Shown: in pieces, positions 8,807 to 17,149 of the stretch
Layout: every line of letters starts with the position of its first letter
Position numbering within the stretch: position 1 is the first letter of the stretch
Origin: Amoebidium appalachense
Lineage: Eukaryota; Protista; Ichthyosporea
DNA: 64,000 nucleotides
Direction: 5' to 3'
Assembly (NCBI GenBank): GCA_963693365.1
Contig: CAVNZM010000003.1
Coordinates: 11,195,651 to 11,259,650 of the forward strand
The notes under the pieces: model-generated
The model's input: only the letters and a program-made list of their open reading frames with translations
Told to the model about the DNA's origin: nothing
Database searches by the model: none
Made by a program: the position numbers and the translations under genes

Positions 8807-8943
8807 GTGAGTAGGATGAGTAGGATGAGTACGTACTCATCTACTGTGGGCTACGGGTATACCTAAATCTCAATCCAAAAGGAAATTGGAACACCCGGGG
8901 GGAGACCAGATGAGTAGGTACTCAAGCTACTCATCCTACTCAC
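8807..8943. repeat. 36-bp-arm inverted repeat built of GAGTAGGAT-type iterons
   Basis: gtgagtaggatgagtaggatgagtacgtactcatct (8807-8842) vs agatgagtaggtactcaagctactcatcctactcac (8908-8943), about 3 mismatches. Confidence 0.85.
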
Positions 8944-8950
8944 CCCATCA

Positions 8951-9348
8951 CTGCCTATAGGCATGCTCCGTGTGCAGGGCACTGATTTCTACCCTCTTCT
9001 GGTTGGTGCCAAGAGGCAGTGCCCTACACGTGTGGTGTCTAAACAGCCTATAGGCATGCTCCATGTGCAGGGCACTGATTTCTACCCTCTTCTGGTTGGT
9101 GCCAAGAGGCAGTGCCCTACACGTGTGGTGTCTAAACAGCCTATAGGCATGCTCCGTGTGCAGGGCACTGATTTCTACCCTCTTCTGGTTGGTGCCAAGA
9201 GGCAGTGCCCTACACGTGTGGTGTCTAAACAGCCTATAGGCATGCTCCGTGTGCAGGGCACTAATTTGTTGTGCCTTCCTTTTTTGGTTAGATCTATACC
9301 CGGCCAATGGTTAGCAGCCACGGGTTTGTTTTCATCAAGCTTGGACGT
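8951..9348 (+). repeat. Left arm of inverted cassette: 93-bp tandem array (about 3.3 copies) plus about 85 bp of unique arm
   Basis: Unit starts gcctataggcatgctcc at 8953, 9046, 9139, 9232; the adjoining tttgttgtgccttcc...ggacgt is the reverse complement of 14221-14305. Confidence 0.95.
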
Positions 9349-9406
9349 TAATACATACTAAGTAACAGAATGAAATCACTCGCAAGTGTTATCCCTCATG
9401 ATTGTA

Positions 9407-9763
9407 TCAATCCGTTTCATCCGGAGTCTTAGCGGACTGGCCCAGCCGTATGAGACAGGCCCGTAGAAAGTCCTTTTGCTTCTTCAGCTTGTCGTTTTCC
9501 AGCTGCAGCTCTTGGTTCTCCACCACCAAATTCTTGTTCTCTTCGCACACCTTGTTGCGCTCCTCTTGCAGGCCCTTGATCACCTCCCGCTGGTTCTTGT
9601 TCATTGTGCGCAGCGCGTCGTTGTCCTTGTCCATGTCGTTGTTCAACTCCCTCAGCTGCTGGATCAGCCCGTGCAGCCCCTCGTTGGCCTCCTTCAGCAT
9701 CTTGTTGGTCTCTTGCAGCTGCTCGGTGTGTGCATCTTGGCGCTGTGTATCTGTTTCATCCAT
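9407..9763 (-). CDS. Coiled-coil protein (118 aa)
   Basis: Continuous heptad pattern (LQETNKMLKEANEGLHGLIQQLRELNNDM...); A-rich repeated upstream region. Confidence 0.7.
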   Translation of the reverse strand: MDETDTQRQDAHTEQLQETNKMLKEANEGLHGLIQQLRELNNDMDKDNDALRTMNKNQREVIKGLQEERNKVCEENKNLVVENQELQLENDKLKKQKDFLRACLIRLGQSAKTPDETD

Positions 9764-10429
9764 TGTGTCGTTTGCAGCCGGTTGGGCAGGAGGTGTTTAG
9801 TTTTTATCCACGAAGCAAAGCAGTGTGAACAAAAAAAAACGTCCCTCTTATTTTTACGAAGCAAAAGTGTGACCCAAAAAAAAACGTTCCTCTTACACAA
9901 TGCAAAATAAAGCAAAATCCTATGATGCGCAAACACACCGTGAACTAAAAAAAACTCGCCACTGATTATTTACAAAGTAAAGCAGTGTGAACAAAAAAAA
10001 AAGCGCTCCTTACACAGTGCAAAATAAAACACACACACACACACACCAAGCCATTTGTATCCAGCTCGGACCCCTTTTTGTGCGCACACTTCTGGTTGGT
10101 GTATAAGTATTGGATCCACGTGAGCGCGAGTTTCCTAAGTGCTGCTCAAAAAGTGACATGTTGTTCCCAGCAGGCAGTGCACCGATTCGCTATCAGTTGA
10201 CATCGTGTTCAAGCAGTCAGCACCATGTGATTGTGTACTTTTCCTGACCAATTTTTGTATCCCTGATAGACAGAATAATGCTCGTAATTGTTGGGAAGCA
10301 TATTCGTGTTTTTTTAGGAGTTGCTACATCAAATACATTGTGTTCAAACACTGACGGCCAAGTTGCAAAGATCGGATTACAATCCAATCTGTCAAATGAC
10401 AATTCTCAAGTCAAAACATGCTCTTGTTG

Positions 10430-10630
10430 ATCCAATCAGAATTCATCAATCAGTCAGCAGATTTGGTTGAGCCCCAACTTATCGGATACACCAAGATGCC
10501 CAAATGACAATTAGCCAATCAGATATTCACGCGATCTCTAGATCCAATCAAGCGTCGCGGCTGGGGTATATCCAACCAATCTAATGCAATAAAGCATCTG
10601 ATGCCAAAGCCGGGCACGGCATATAAAAGC
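10430..10630 (+). promoter_or_regulatory. Pol II-type promoter (several CCAAT boxes plus TATA box)
   Basis: CCAATC near 10432, 10516, 10543, 10576 and CATATAAAAG at 10620-10629, about 85 bp upstream of the ATG at 10714. Confidence 0.6.
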
Positions 10631-10713
10631 CCATACTCTCTTCAATCCACACACCTTTTCCATGTTAGCTAGCTTCTCCCTTGGCACACAACGTACATCC
10701 AACTGTCACGAAA

Positions 10714-11442
10714 ATGAGTTCTAACATCAAAGATCTAGAAAGGCGCGCTAAAAAAATAGAGACAAGACTCAAGACTTTGGAGGAGGATGCAAAGGTCCTG
10801 CGGGACACCCAGACCCGTTTCGCGTGCGCCCTTGCTAGGCACGCCCGCATGGCTTTAAGCAAGCGCACCACTACAGCAGCAACCGTGGCACCCCCAGCGC
10901 TGACCGTGGCACCCCCAGCGCTGACCGTGGCACCCCCAGCGCTGACCGTGGCACCCCCTGTCCTGGCAGCGGCACCTGCACTTCGTGCTGGCGAGCATGG
11001 CAGCTCCTATCCCGTGGACTTGGCCCCCCTGCCCCTGCAGCGCTCACGTTTGCACATCACACAGGGGTCCAAGACACGGGAGAAACCACGAAGACAGCAG
11101 AAGAGGACACGAGAGGAAGTCAGAAGCTCTGGGTCGGAGGAGGAGCCTTATTTCAACTGGAAGACTGTGTGGTCCAAGACACGGGAGAAACCACCAAGAC
11201 AGCAGAAGAGGACACGAGAGGAAGTCAAAAGCTCTGGGTCGGCGGTACAGGAGGAAGTGCCTCCTTGGTTCAAGACCTTGATATGGGGACCTGAGGAGTT
11301 GTACTCGTCTTCTGAGGAGCACTCGTCTTCCGAGTCCAAGACCTTGACACGGGGACAGCAGAAAAGGGCACGAGCCAGTGAAGCCAGCAGCTCTGGGGCG
11401 TCTTCCGAGTCTTCAGACGAAGATATCAAGGCCAGTACTTAA
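10714..11442 (+). CDS. Hypothetical protein: N-terminal coiled coil, TVAPPAL repeats, triplicated basic/Ser-rich module
   Basis: IKDLERRAKKIETRLKTLEED; 21-bp repeats encoding TVAPPAL; SKT...QQKR.R module three times. Confidence 0.65.
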   Translation: MSSNIKDLERRAKKIETRLKTLEEDAKVLRDTQTRFACALARHARMALSKRTTTAATVAPPALTVAPPALTVAPPALTVAPPVLAAAPALRAGEHGSSYPVDLAPLPLQRSRLHITQGSKTREKPRRQQKRTREEVRSSGSEEEPYFNWKTVWSKTREKPPRQQKRTREEVKSSGSAVQEEVPPWFKTLIWGPEELYSSSEEHSSSESKTLTRGQQKRARASEASSSGASSESSDEDIKAST

Positions 11443-11448
11443 CATTGA

Positions 11449-12383
11449 GTGTACTTAGGGTGGTGCAGACGTGTACTTAGGGTGGTGCAGAGGTCTACTT
11501 AGGGTGGGGCTGTGCAGAGTGTACTTAGGGTGGTGCAGAGTGTACTTAGGGTGGGGCTGTGCAGAGTGTACTTAGGGTGGTGCAGAGGTGTACTTAGGGT
11601 GGTGCAGAGGTGTACTTAGGGTGGGGCTGTGCAGAGTGTACTTAGGGTGGGGCTGTGCAGAGTGTACTTAGGGCTGTGCAGAGGTGTACTTAGGGCTGTG
11701 CAGACGTGTACTTAGGGTGGGGCTGTGCAGAGTGTACTTAGGGCTGTGCAGACGTGTACTTAGGGTGGGGCTGTGCAGAGTGTACTTAGGGCTGTGCAGA
11801 GGTGTACTTAGGGCTGTGCAGACGTGTACTTAGGGTGGTGCAGAGGTCTACTTAGGGTGGTGCAGACGTGTACTTAGGGTGGTGCAGAGGTGTACTTAGG
11901 GTGGTGCAGACGTGTACTTAGGGTGGTGCAGAGGTGTACTTAGGGTGGTGCAGACGTGTACTTAGGGTGGTGCAGAGGTCTACTTAGGGTGGTGCAGACG
12001 TGTACTTAGGGTGGTGCAGAGGTGTACTTAGGGTGGTGCAGACGTGTACTTAGGGTGGTGCAGAGGTGTACTTAGGGTGGTGCAGACGTGTACTTAGGGT
12101 GGTGCAGACGTGTACTTAGGGTGGTGCAGAGGTCTACTTAGGGTGGGGCTGTGCACCACAGTGTACTTAGGGTGGTGCAGACGTGTACTTAGGGTGGTGC
12201 AGAGGTCTACTTAGGGTGGGGCTGTGCACCACAGTGTACTTAGGGTGGTGCAGACGTGTACTTAGGGTGGTGCAGAGGTCTACTTAGGGTGGGGCTGTGC
12301 ACCACAGTGTACTTAGGGTGGTGCAGAGTGTACTTAGGGTGGTGCAGACGTGTACTTAGGGTGGTGCAGACGTGTACTTAGGT
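11449..12383 (+). repeat. Telomere-motif minisatellite: about 40 units of 21-29 bp, each containing TACTTAGGG
   Basis: Units such as gtgtacttagggtggtgcagac, gtgtacttagggtggggctgtgcaga, gtctacttagggtggggctgtgcaccaca; degenerate remnants to about 12505. Confidence 0.95.
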
Positions 12384-12787
12384 GGGTGTCTTGTGGTGAA
12401 AGTAAAGTTTATGGCATACAGGCAGATGTGTGCTTTAAGCCTTAGGGAACTGTGGGCAGACATGTCAACACTTGGGCCTATGGGTAGACGTGTACACACT
12501 TAGTGTATTTGTTTGTGTCTCTCATGGTTATTTTATAGCATGAAGCACTGCAAAAAATGGTGTATGTTTCCGTGGTCCACGTACACAGTATCCTTTAATA
12601 TGAACACAAGTGATTGTATAGAAAAAGAGTAAGTACGTACATGATAGTCTAGTCAGATTACAAAGAACAAATCAACTTGGACCGAGTATATTCAAATACA
12701 AACTAAAAGAGAAAAGAAACAAATAAATCAAGACCGATCAATTCAAATACAAATCAAAAGAGAATGCCACTTAGTCGACCAATCAAA

Positions 12788-14008
12788 TCAGTACATCTCA
12801 TGCTCATACTGGTCAAACTCTTCCTGGTCAAGATCAATGAGGGGAATTTCTTCAGTTTGTTTATGTTTGGGTTCAGGTTTGCGGTCATACACGACCGACT
12901 CACGATCAGACGCAGATTCGTCATCTGTCATATCATCGAGTACCTGATTTGCCCGTCGTTTGAGCCGCTTGGGGTTGAATGCTTCATCTGAGTCCCAATC
13001 GCATTGATCATGGACGCGTTTGGCGGGTGAGGCAGGTGAAGAGACAGACTCATTACCACCTGTGTATGCCTTCAAGTTCTTCTCCCGTCGCAGAATCTTC
13101 CTTCGGATGCTTTTTATGGTGTTTTGGGCTGCACACACAGCAGCAATGGCCAGGCCCTCCGCCATTTCATCTTCAGCCGCCTTTGCCTCTTTGACACGCT
13201 CTCGAGCATTCTGGAGCTCCCCCCTCACACTAGTTAGCTGTGCATCGAGGTCCATCGTATGGTCATGCAACGAAGTCTCAGGTGTTTTGGTGTGCTTGGG
13301 CCTGGGCTTAGCGGCAGGGGTGGTCTTGGCAGGAGTGGTCTTGGTGGTAGGGGTGGTCTTGGCAGGAGTGGTCTTGGTGGTAGGGGTGGTCTTGGCAGGA
13401 GTGGTCTTGGTGGTAGGGGTGGTCTTGGCAGGAGTGGTCTTGGCGGCAGGGGTGGGGGCAGTCACAGGGGCGGTCTTTGCGACAGGGGTGGGGGCAGTCA
13501 CAGGGGTGGTCTTTGCGGCAGGGGTGGGGGCAGTCACAGGGGCGGTCTTTGCGACAGGGGTGGGGGCAGTCACAGGGGTGGTCTTTGCGGCAGGGGTGGG
13601 GGCAGTCACAGTGGTGGTGTTGGCGGCAGGGGTGGGGTCAGCAGTCACAGTGGTGGTGTTGGCGGCAATGGTAGTCTTGCGAGGGCCACTGAAAATGTAG
13701 TTTTCATAGGCCACCTGGCCATCCCGACGGGGTGCTGCAGCCCGTTGCAGGCTGGCAAGCTCGGCCTGCAGGGTCTTGATCTGCTCTTCGGCTGCCCTCA
13801 GTCGTGCCTCTACATCAGAGGGCTGGGGTTGGGGGGGTCGGGGGGTACGCGCAGCATTCTCATTGGTCACTTGACTGCGGAGGCTGGTGAGGTCGGTGCG
13901 GAGGCTGGTGACGTCGGTGTGCAGGGCCGTTAAGCGAGACGAATGGTCCGTGTACAGAAAATCAAAGCGCTTCTGCAGCTGTTGAAGCTCCTCTTTCCAA
14001 GAATCCAT
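12788..14008 (-). CDS. Hypothetical protein: coiled coil, Thr/Pro/Ala/Lys repeat linker, second coiled coil, acidic tail
   Basis: MDSWKEELQQLQKRF..., repeats TAPTPAAKTTPV and AKTTPTTKTTP, LDAQLTSVRGELQNARERVKE; CATATAAAAG on the minus strand at about 14104-14113. Confidence 0.75.
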   Translation of the reverse strand: MDSWKEELQQLQKRFDFLYTDHSSRLTALHTDVTSLRTDLTSLRSQVTNENAARTPRPPQPQPSDVEARLRAAEEQIKTLQAELASLQRAAAPRRDGQVAYENYIFSGPRKTTIAANTTTVTADPTPAANTTTVTAPTPAAKTTPVTAPTPVAKTAPVTAPTPAAKTTPVTAPTPVAKTAPVTAPTPAAKTTPAKTTPTTKTTPAKTTPTTKTTPAKTTPTTKTTPAKTTPAAKPRPKHTKTPETSLHDHTMDLDAQLTSVRGELQNARERVKEAKAAEDEMAEGLAIAAVCAAQNTIKSIRRKILRREKNLKAYTGGNESVSSPASPAKRVHDQCDWDSDEAFNPKRLKRRANQVLDDMTDDESASDRESVVYDRKPEPKHKQTEEIPLIDLDQEEFDQYEHEMY

Positions 14009-14220
14009 GTTTCGTGTGAGTGTTTGAAAAACAAGTTTGTTGTGTGTCGCCTTTTACTATTGAGTGTCAGTGTTGAAATGAGTGAATGTGACCGTGTGTG
14101 CTGCTTTTATATGCCACGGTACAAAGCAGCTTACAGCAATGGTGCCAAGGCTCAATGGGATAGATCTCTCCAATCAACGGTCATTGTCACTCAAACGGCC
14201 TTGATGGTTGGCAAAGTATC

Positions 14221-15000
14221 ACGTCTAAGCATGATGAAAACAAACCCGTGGCTGCTAACCATTGGCCGGGTATAGATCTAACCAAAAAAGGAAGGCACAA
14301 CAAATTGGTGCCTGCACACGGAGCATGCCTATAGGCTGTTTAGACACCACACGTGTAGGGCGCTGCCTCTTGGCACCAACCAGAAGAGGGTAGAAATTGG
14401 TGCCTGCACACGGAGCATGCCTATAGGCTGTTTAGACACCACACGTGTAGGGCGCTGCCTCTTGGCACCAACCAGAAGAGGGTAGAAATTGGTGCCTGCA
14501 CACGGAGCATGCCTATAGGCTGTTTAGACACCACACGTGTAGGGCGCTGCCTCTTGGCACCAACCAGAAGAGGGTAGAAATTGGTGCCTGCACACGGAGC
14601 ATGCCTATAGGCTGTTTGGACACCACACGTGTAGGGCGCTGCCTCTTGGCACCAACCAGAAGAGGGTAGAAATTGGTGCCTGCACACGGAGCATGCCTAT
14701 AGGCTGTTTAGACACCACACGTGTAGGGCGCTGCCTCTTGGCACCAACCAGAAGAGGGTAGAAATTGGTGCCTGCACACGGAGCATGCCTATAGGCTGTT
14801 TAGACACCACACGTGTAGGGCGCTGCCTCTTGGCACCAACCAGAAGAGGGTAGAAATTGGTGCCTGCACACGGAGCATGCCTATAGGCTGTTTAGACACC
14901 ACACGTGTAGGGCGCTGCCTCTTGGCACCAACCAGAAGAGGGTAGAAATTGGTGCCTGCACACGGAGCATGCCTATAGGCTGTTTAGACACTACACGTGT
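14221..15000 (-). repeat. Right arm of inverted cassette: about 85 bp of unique arm plus 92-bp tandem array (about 7.5 copies)
   Basis: Units start at 14307, 14399, 14491, 14583, 14675, 14767, 14859, 14951; reverse complement of the 8951-9348 block with a few fixed differences. Confidence 0.95.
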
Positions 15001-15059
15001 TGTGGCTTCTGCCTTTATCACCCACACACCCCCACGTGCCAACATACACTATCCTCCCC

Positions 15060-15505
15060 GTGAGTGGCATGCCAGTCTCCCCAGCCCCCCTGCCCCCCTG
15101 CCCCCCTGCCCCCCTGCCCCCCCTGCCCCCCTGCCCCCCTGCCCCCCTGCCCCCCTGCCCCCCCTGCCCCCCCTGCTCCCCTGCCCCCCTGCCCCCCTGC
15201 CCCCCTGCCCCCCTGCCTGCCGGAACCAGGCCCCCCAGTGGTGGCATTCCAACACGTGCATGCTAGAAGATCGTGCTACATGAACAAATGGTCTTAACTC
15301 AGCCATACATGGGGGATAGATAGTATCACACAACCATGGTTCCCCCACTCTCCCCAGCCTCCTGTGCACGTGTGCCTCCCCTGCACGTGTGCCCCCCTGC
15401 CTCCCGTAACCAGGCCCCCAGTGGTGGCAGTGAGTGTCCCCCCTGCCTCCCCTGCACGTGTGCCCCCCCTGCCTCCCCTGCCTCCCGGAACCACGCCCCG
15501 GCGCA
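15060..15505. repeat. Expanded GC-rich intergenic module with (CCCCCCTG)n; direct repeat of 16427-16519
   Basis: gtgagtggcatgccagtctccccagcccccctgccc at 15060 and gtgaggggcatgccagtctccccagcccccctgccc at 16427; cggaaccac(g/t)ccccggcgca at 15486 and 16500. Confidence 0.8.
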
Positions 15506-15528
15506 AAATTTAATATTTATTTAAAATT

Positions 15529-16395
15529 TTAATCAAAGAGCCGCATGATGCTGTTAGCTGGGACACCCAGCTGCTTCTGGGCTGTGACAGAAGCTATAAA
15601 CTCCGGTGATACAGTGGGCTGCACGTGTGGCTCTGGAATGTGTGGTGCCATCAGCACCTCAAAGTCTTGCACCATGCCTGGGTCCGTCCATCCACGTGCT
15701 TCCGTGCAGTACACACGCCAGTGGGCTCTTGCCACGTGCACGGCATGTGTATAGTCATCATACGTGCCCACCACGTGGTACTGACCCTTCTTGTGCACCT
15801 TTGGCAGTCGCACCTGGAACAGTCCACCAGCAATCATGCTTACAAACCGGCACGGCTGTCCTTTGATTGGTCTCTTCAGCTTGTTGTAACCCTTTGGCCG
15901 CAGGCAGAGATTGGCCCGGCGGTTATCACTCTTCACTTGGTTTCGGTGGTCAATCTCCCACCCCTCTCCGAGGCCAATAGGAATAAGCCCCTGGAAGTAA
16001 CACACCAGCTGGTGTGCAGATGGTGCCTCGGCCACGTGTTGGTTAAACCCTGGTAGATACAGCCTCAGGTAGCCACTCTCATCACACACCCATCCCACGT
16101 GGGCTGCCCATTCCATATCATCTTGGGAGAAATGCCACTCACGTCCAGCCATTATAACCAAGCCAGTAGCAGCCACCTGCATATCAGCAGGCTCACTCCA
16201 CGTGTGCATCACGGGCTCTTCATTCTTATCGTAGTAATAAAGTCCAAACCCACTGCCCTTCTGGAAACTGCTCCGGTACCACTCTACCAGTTGCCTGGGT
16301 TCATATATACCCAGAGCCACTAGAAACTTGTACCACTGAGGTGCCTCGTGTATTTGCTCTATATTATCCTGAATTGCCTGCTGCATGGACATCAT
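15529..16395 (-). CDS. HNH endonuclease with C-terminal AP2-like DNA-binding domain (homing-endonuclease type)
   Basis: AHQLV...EIDHRNQVKSDNRRANL (HNH_3 pattern), then VVGTYDDYTHAVHVARA resembling the AP2 GTF...EAA motif; AATAAA on the minus strand at 15516-15521. Confidence 0.8.
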   Translation of the reverse strand: MMSMQQAIQDNIEQIHEAPQWYKFLVALGIYEPRQLVEWYRSSFQKGSGFGLYYYDKNEEPVMHTWSEPADMQVAATGLVIMAGREWHFSQDDMEWAAHVGWVCDESGYLRLYLPGFNQHVAEAPSAHQLVCYFQGLIPIGLGEGWEIDHRNQVKSDNRRANLCLRPKGYNKLKRPIKGQPCRFVSMIAGGLFQVRLPKVHKKGQYHVVGTYDDYTHAVHVARAHWRVYCTEARGWTDPGMVQDFEVLMAPHIPEPHVQPTVSPEFIASVTAQKQLGVPANSIMRLFD

Positions 16396-16553
16396 ACTCT
16401 ATGCATACATAACATTTTTTCATGCTGTGAGGGGCATGCCAGTCTCCCCAGCCCCCCTGCCCAGGCGCCTCCGCAGCCACGTGTGCCTCGCCGGCCGCGC
16501 GGAACCACTCCCCGGCGCAGTGACAGCTATTTTTAGATATAGAGATTCCATGG

Positions 16554-16653
16554 CCACATGGCCAGATGGCCAGATCATTTTGACTCCCGTTTTATCCCGT
16601 TTTATCCACCTTTTTTCACACATTGAATTTGATCTGGCCATCTGGCCATCTGG
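16554..16653. repeat. 24-bp-arm inverted repeat built of ATGGCCAG iterons
   Basis: ccacatggccagatggccagatca (16554-16577) vs tgatctggccatctggccatctgg (16630-16653); spacer contains tcccgtttta twice. Confidence 0.85.
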
Positions 16654-16770
16654 GTATATAAACCGTTTTCTGTTCTAATATTGGAGAACTGTCTGATAGT
16701 GATAGAAAATGTCATTCGAAGAACAATCGGGAAACCCCGCGGTGTGACAACCAATCAGAATGAAGCAATA

Positions 16771-17149
16771 TTGGGATATTCGGGTTGGTTGTAAGGTTTT
16801 CGGGTCGGGCCGAAGGCCCAAACGGGCCGCAGGCCCGCTTATTGGGCCGCCAGGCCCTAGGCCGCTAGGCCGCTAGGCCCGGGGCCCCGGGGACCGGGGG
16901 CCCGACCCGGCCCGCGAGCCACCCCGCCCGGCTCGGCCCGGCGGCCCGGGGTTAGCAGTGACTGCTAACCCCGGGCCGCCGGGCCGAGCCGGGCGGGGTG
17001 GCTCGCGGGCCGGGTCGGGCCCCCGGTCCCCGGGGCCCCGGGCCTAGCGGCCTAGCGGCCTAGGGCCTGGCGGCCCAATAAGCGGGCCTGCGGCCCGTTT
17101 GGGCCTTCGGCCCGACCCGAAAACCTTACAACCAACCCGAATATCCCAA
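16771..17149. repeat. Perfect 379-bp GC-rich palindrome (189-bp arms, 1-nt centre at 16960)
   Basis: ttgggatattcgggttgg...gttagcagt g actgctaac...ccaacccgaatatcccaa; no mismatch seen between the arms. Confidence 0.95.

Larger units (their letters stand above)
1..17149. mobile_element. Putative endogenous DNA virus or large virus-like mobile element (right-hand part)
   Basis: Intronless, tightly packed genes of families common in Polinton-like viruses and NCLDV (SF3/D5 helicase, Fic, patatin, HNH-AP2, Cys-repeat nuclease); lacks the microsatellites that fill the rest of the window. No hallmark capsid, integrase or polymerase gene in the window. Confidence 0.7.

Noticed and set aside
8948-9361. 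ORFs made of 31-aa repeats; also CRISPR-like appearance of the 92/93-bp arrays
   Set aside because: The frames are open only because 93 is a multiple of 3; the 92-bp sister array breaks the frame. Units are identical with no spacers.
11449-12383. CRISPR array (constant core with variable intervening sequence)
   Set aside because: The constant part is only about 9 nt, the variable parts are a few recurring variants rather than unique spacers, and no cas genes are present.
13020-13933. Hydrophobic Val/Gly-rich and Gly/Arg-rich plus-strand ORFs
   Set aside because: Antisense readings of the Thr/Pro repeat in the 12788-14008 gene.
16771-17149. Ordinary MULE or Harbinger MITE
   Set aside because: No target-site duplication in the flanks (gcaata / aaggct) and no spacer; not fully excluded without a genome-wide search.
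1-17149. Bacterial or phage contaminant, or a definite Polinton/NCLDV assignment
   Set aside because: C2H2 fingers with TGERP linkers, AATAAA and CCAAT/TATA signals argue for a eukaryotic setting; no capsid, pPolB, ATPase or integrase is in the window to fix the class.
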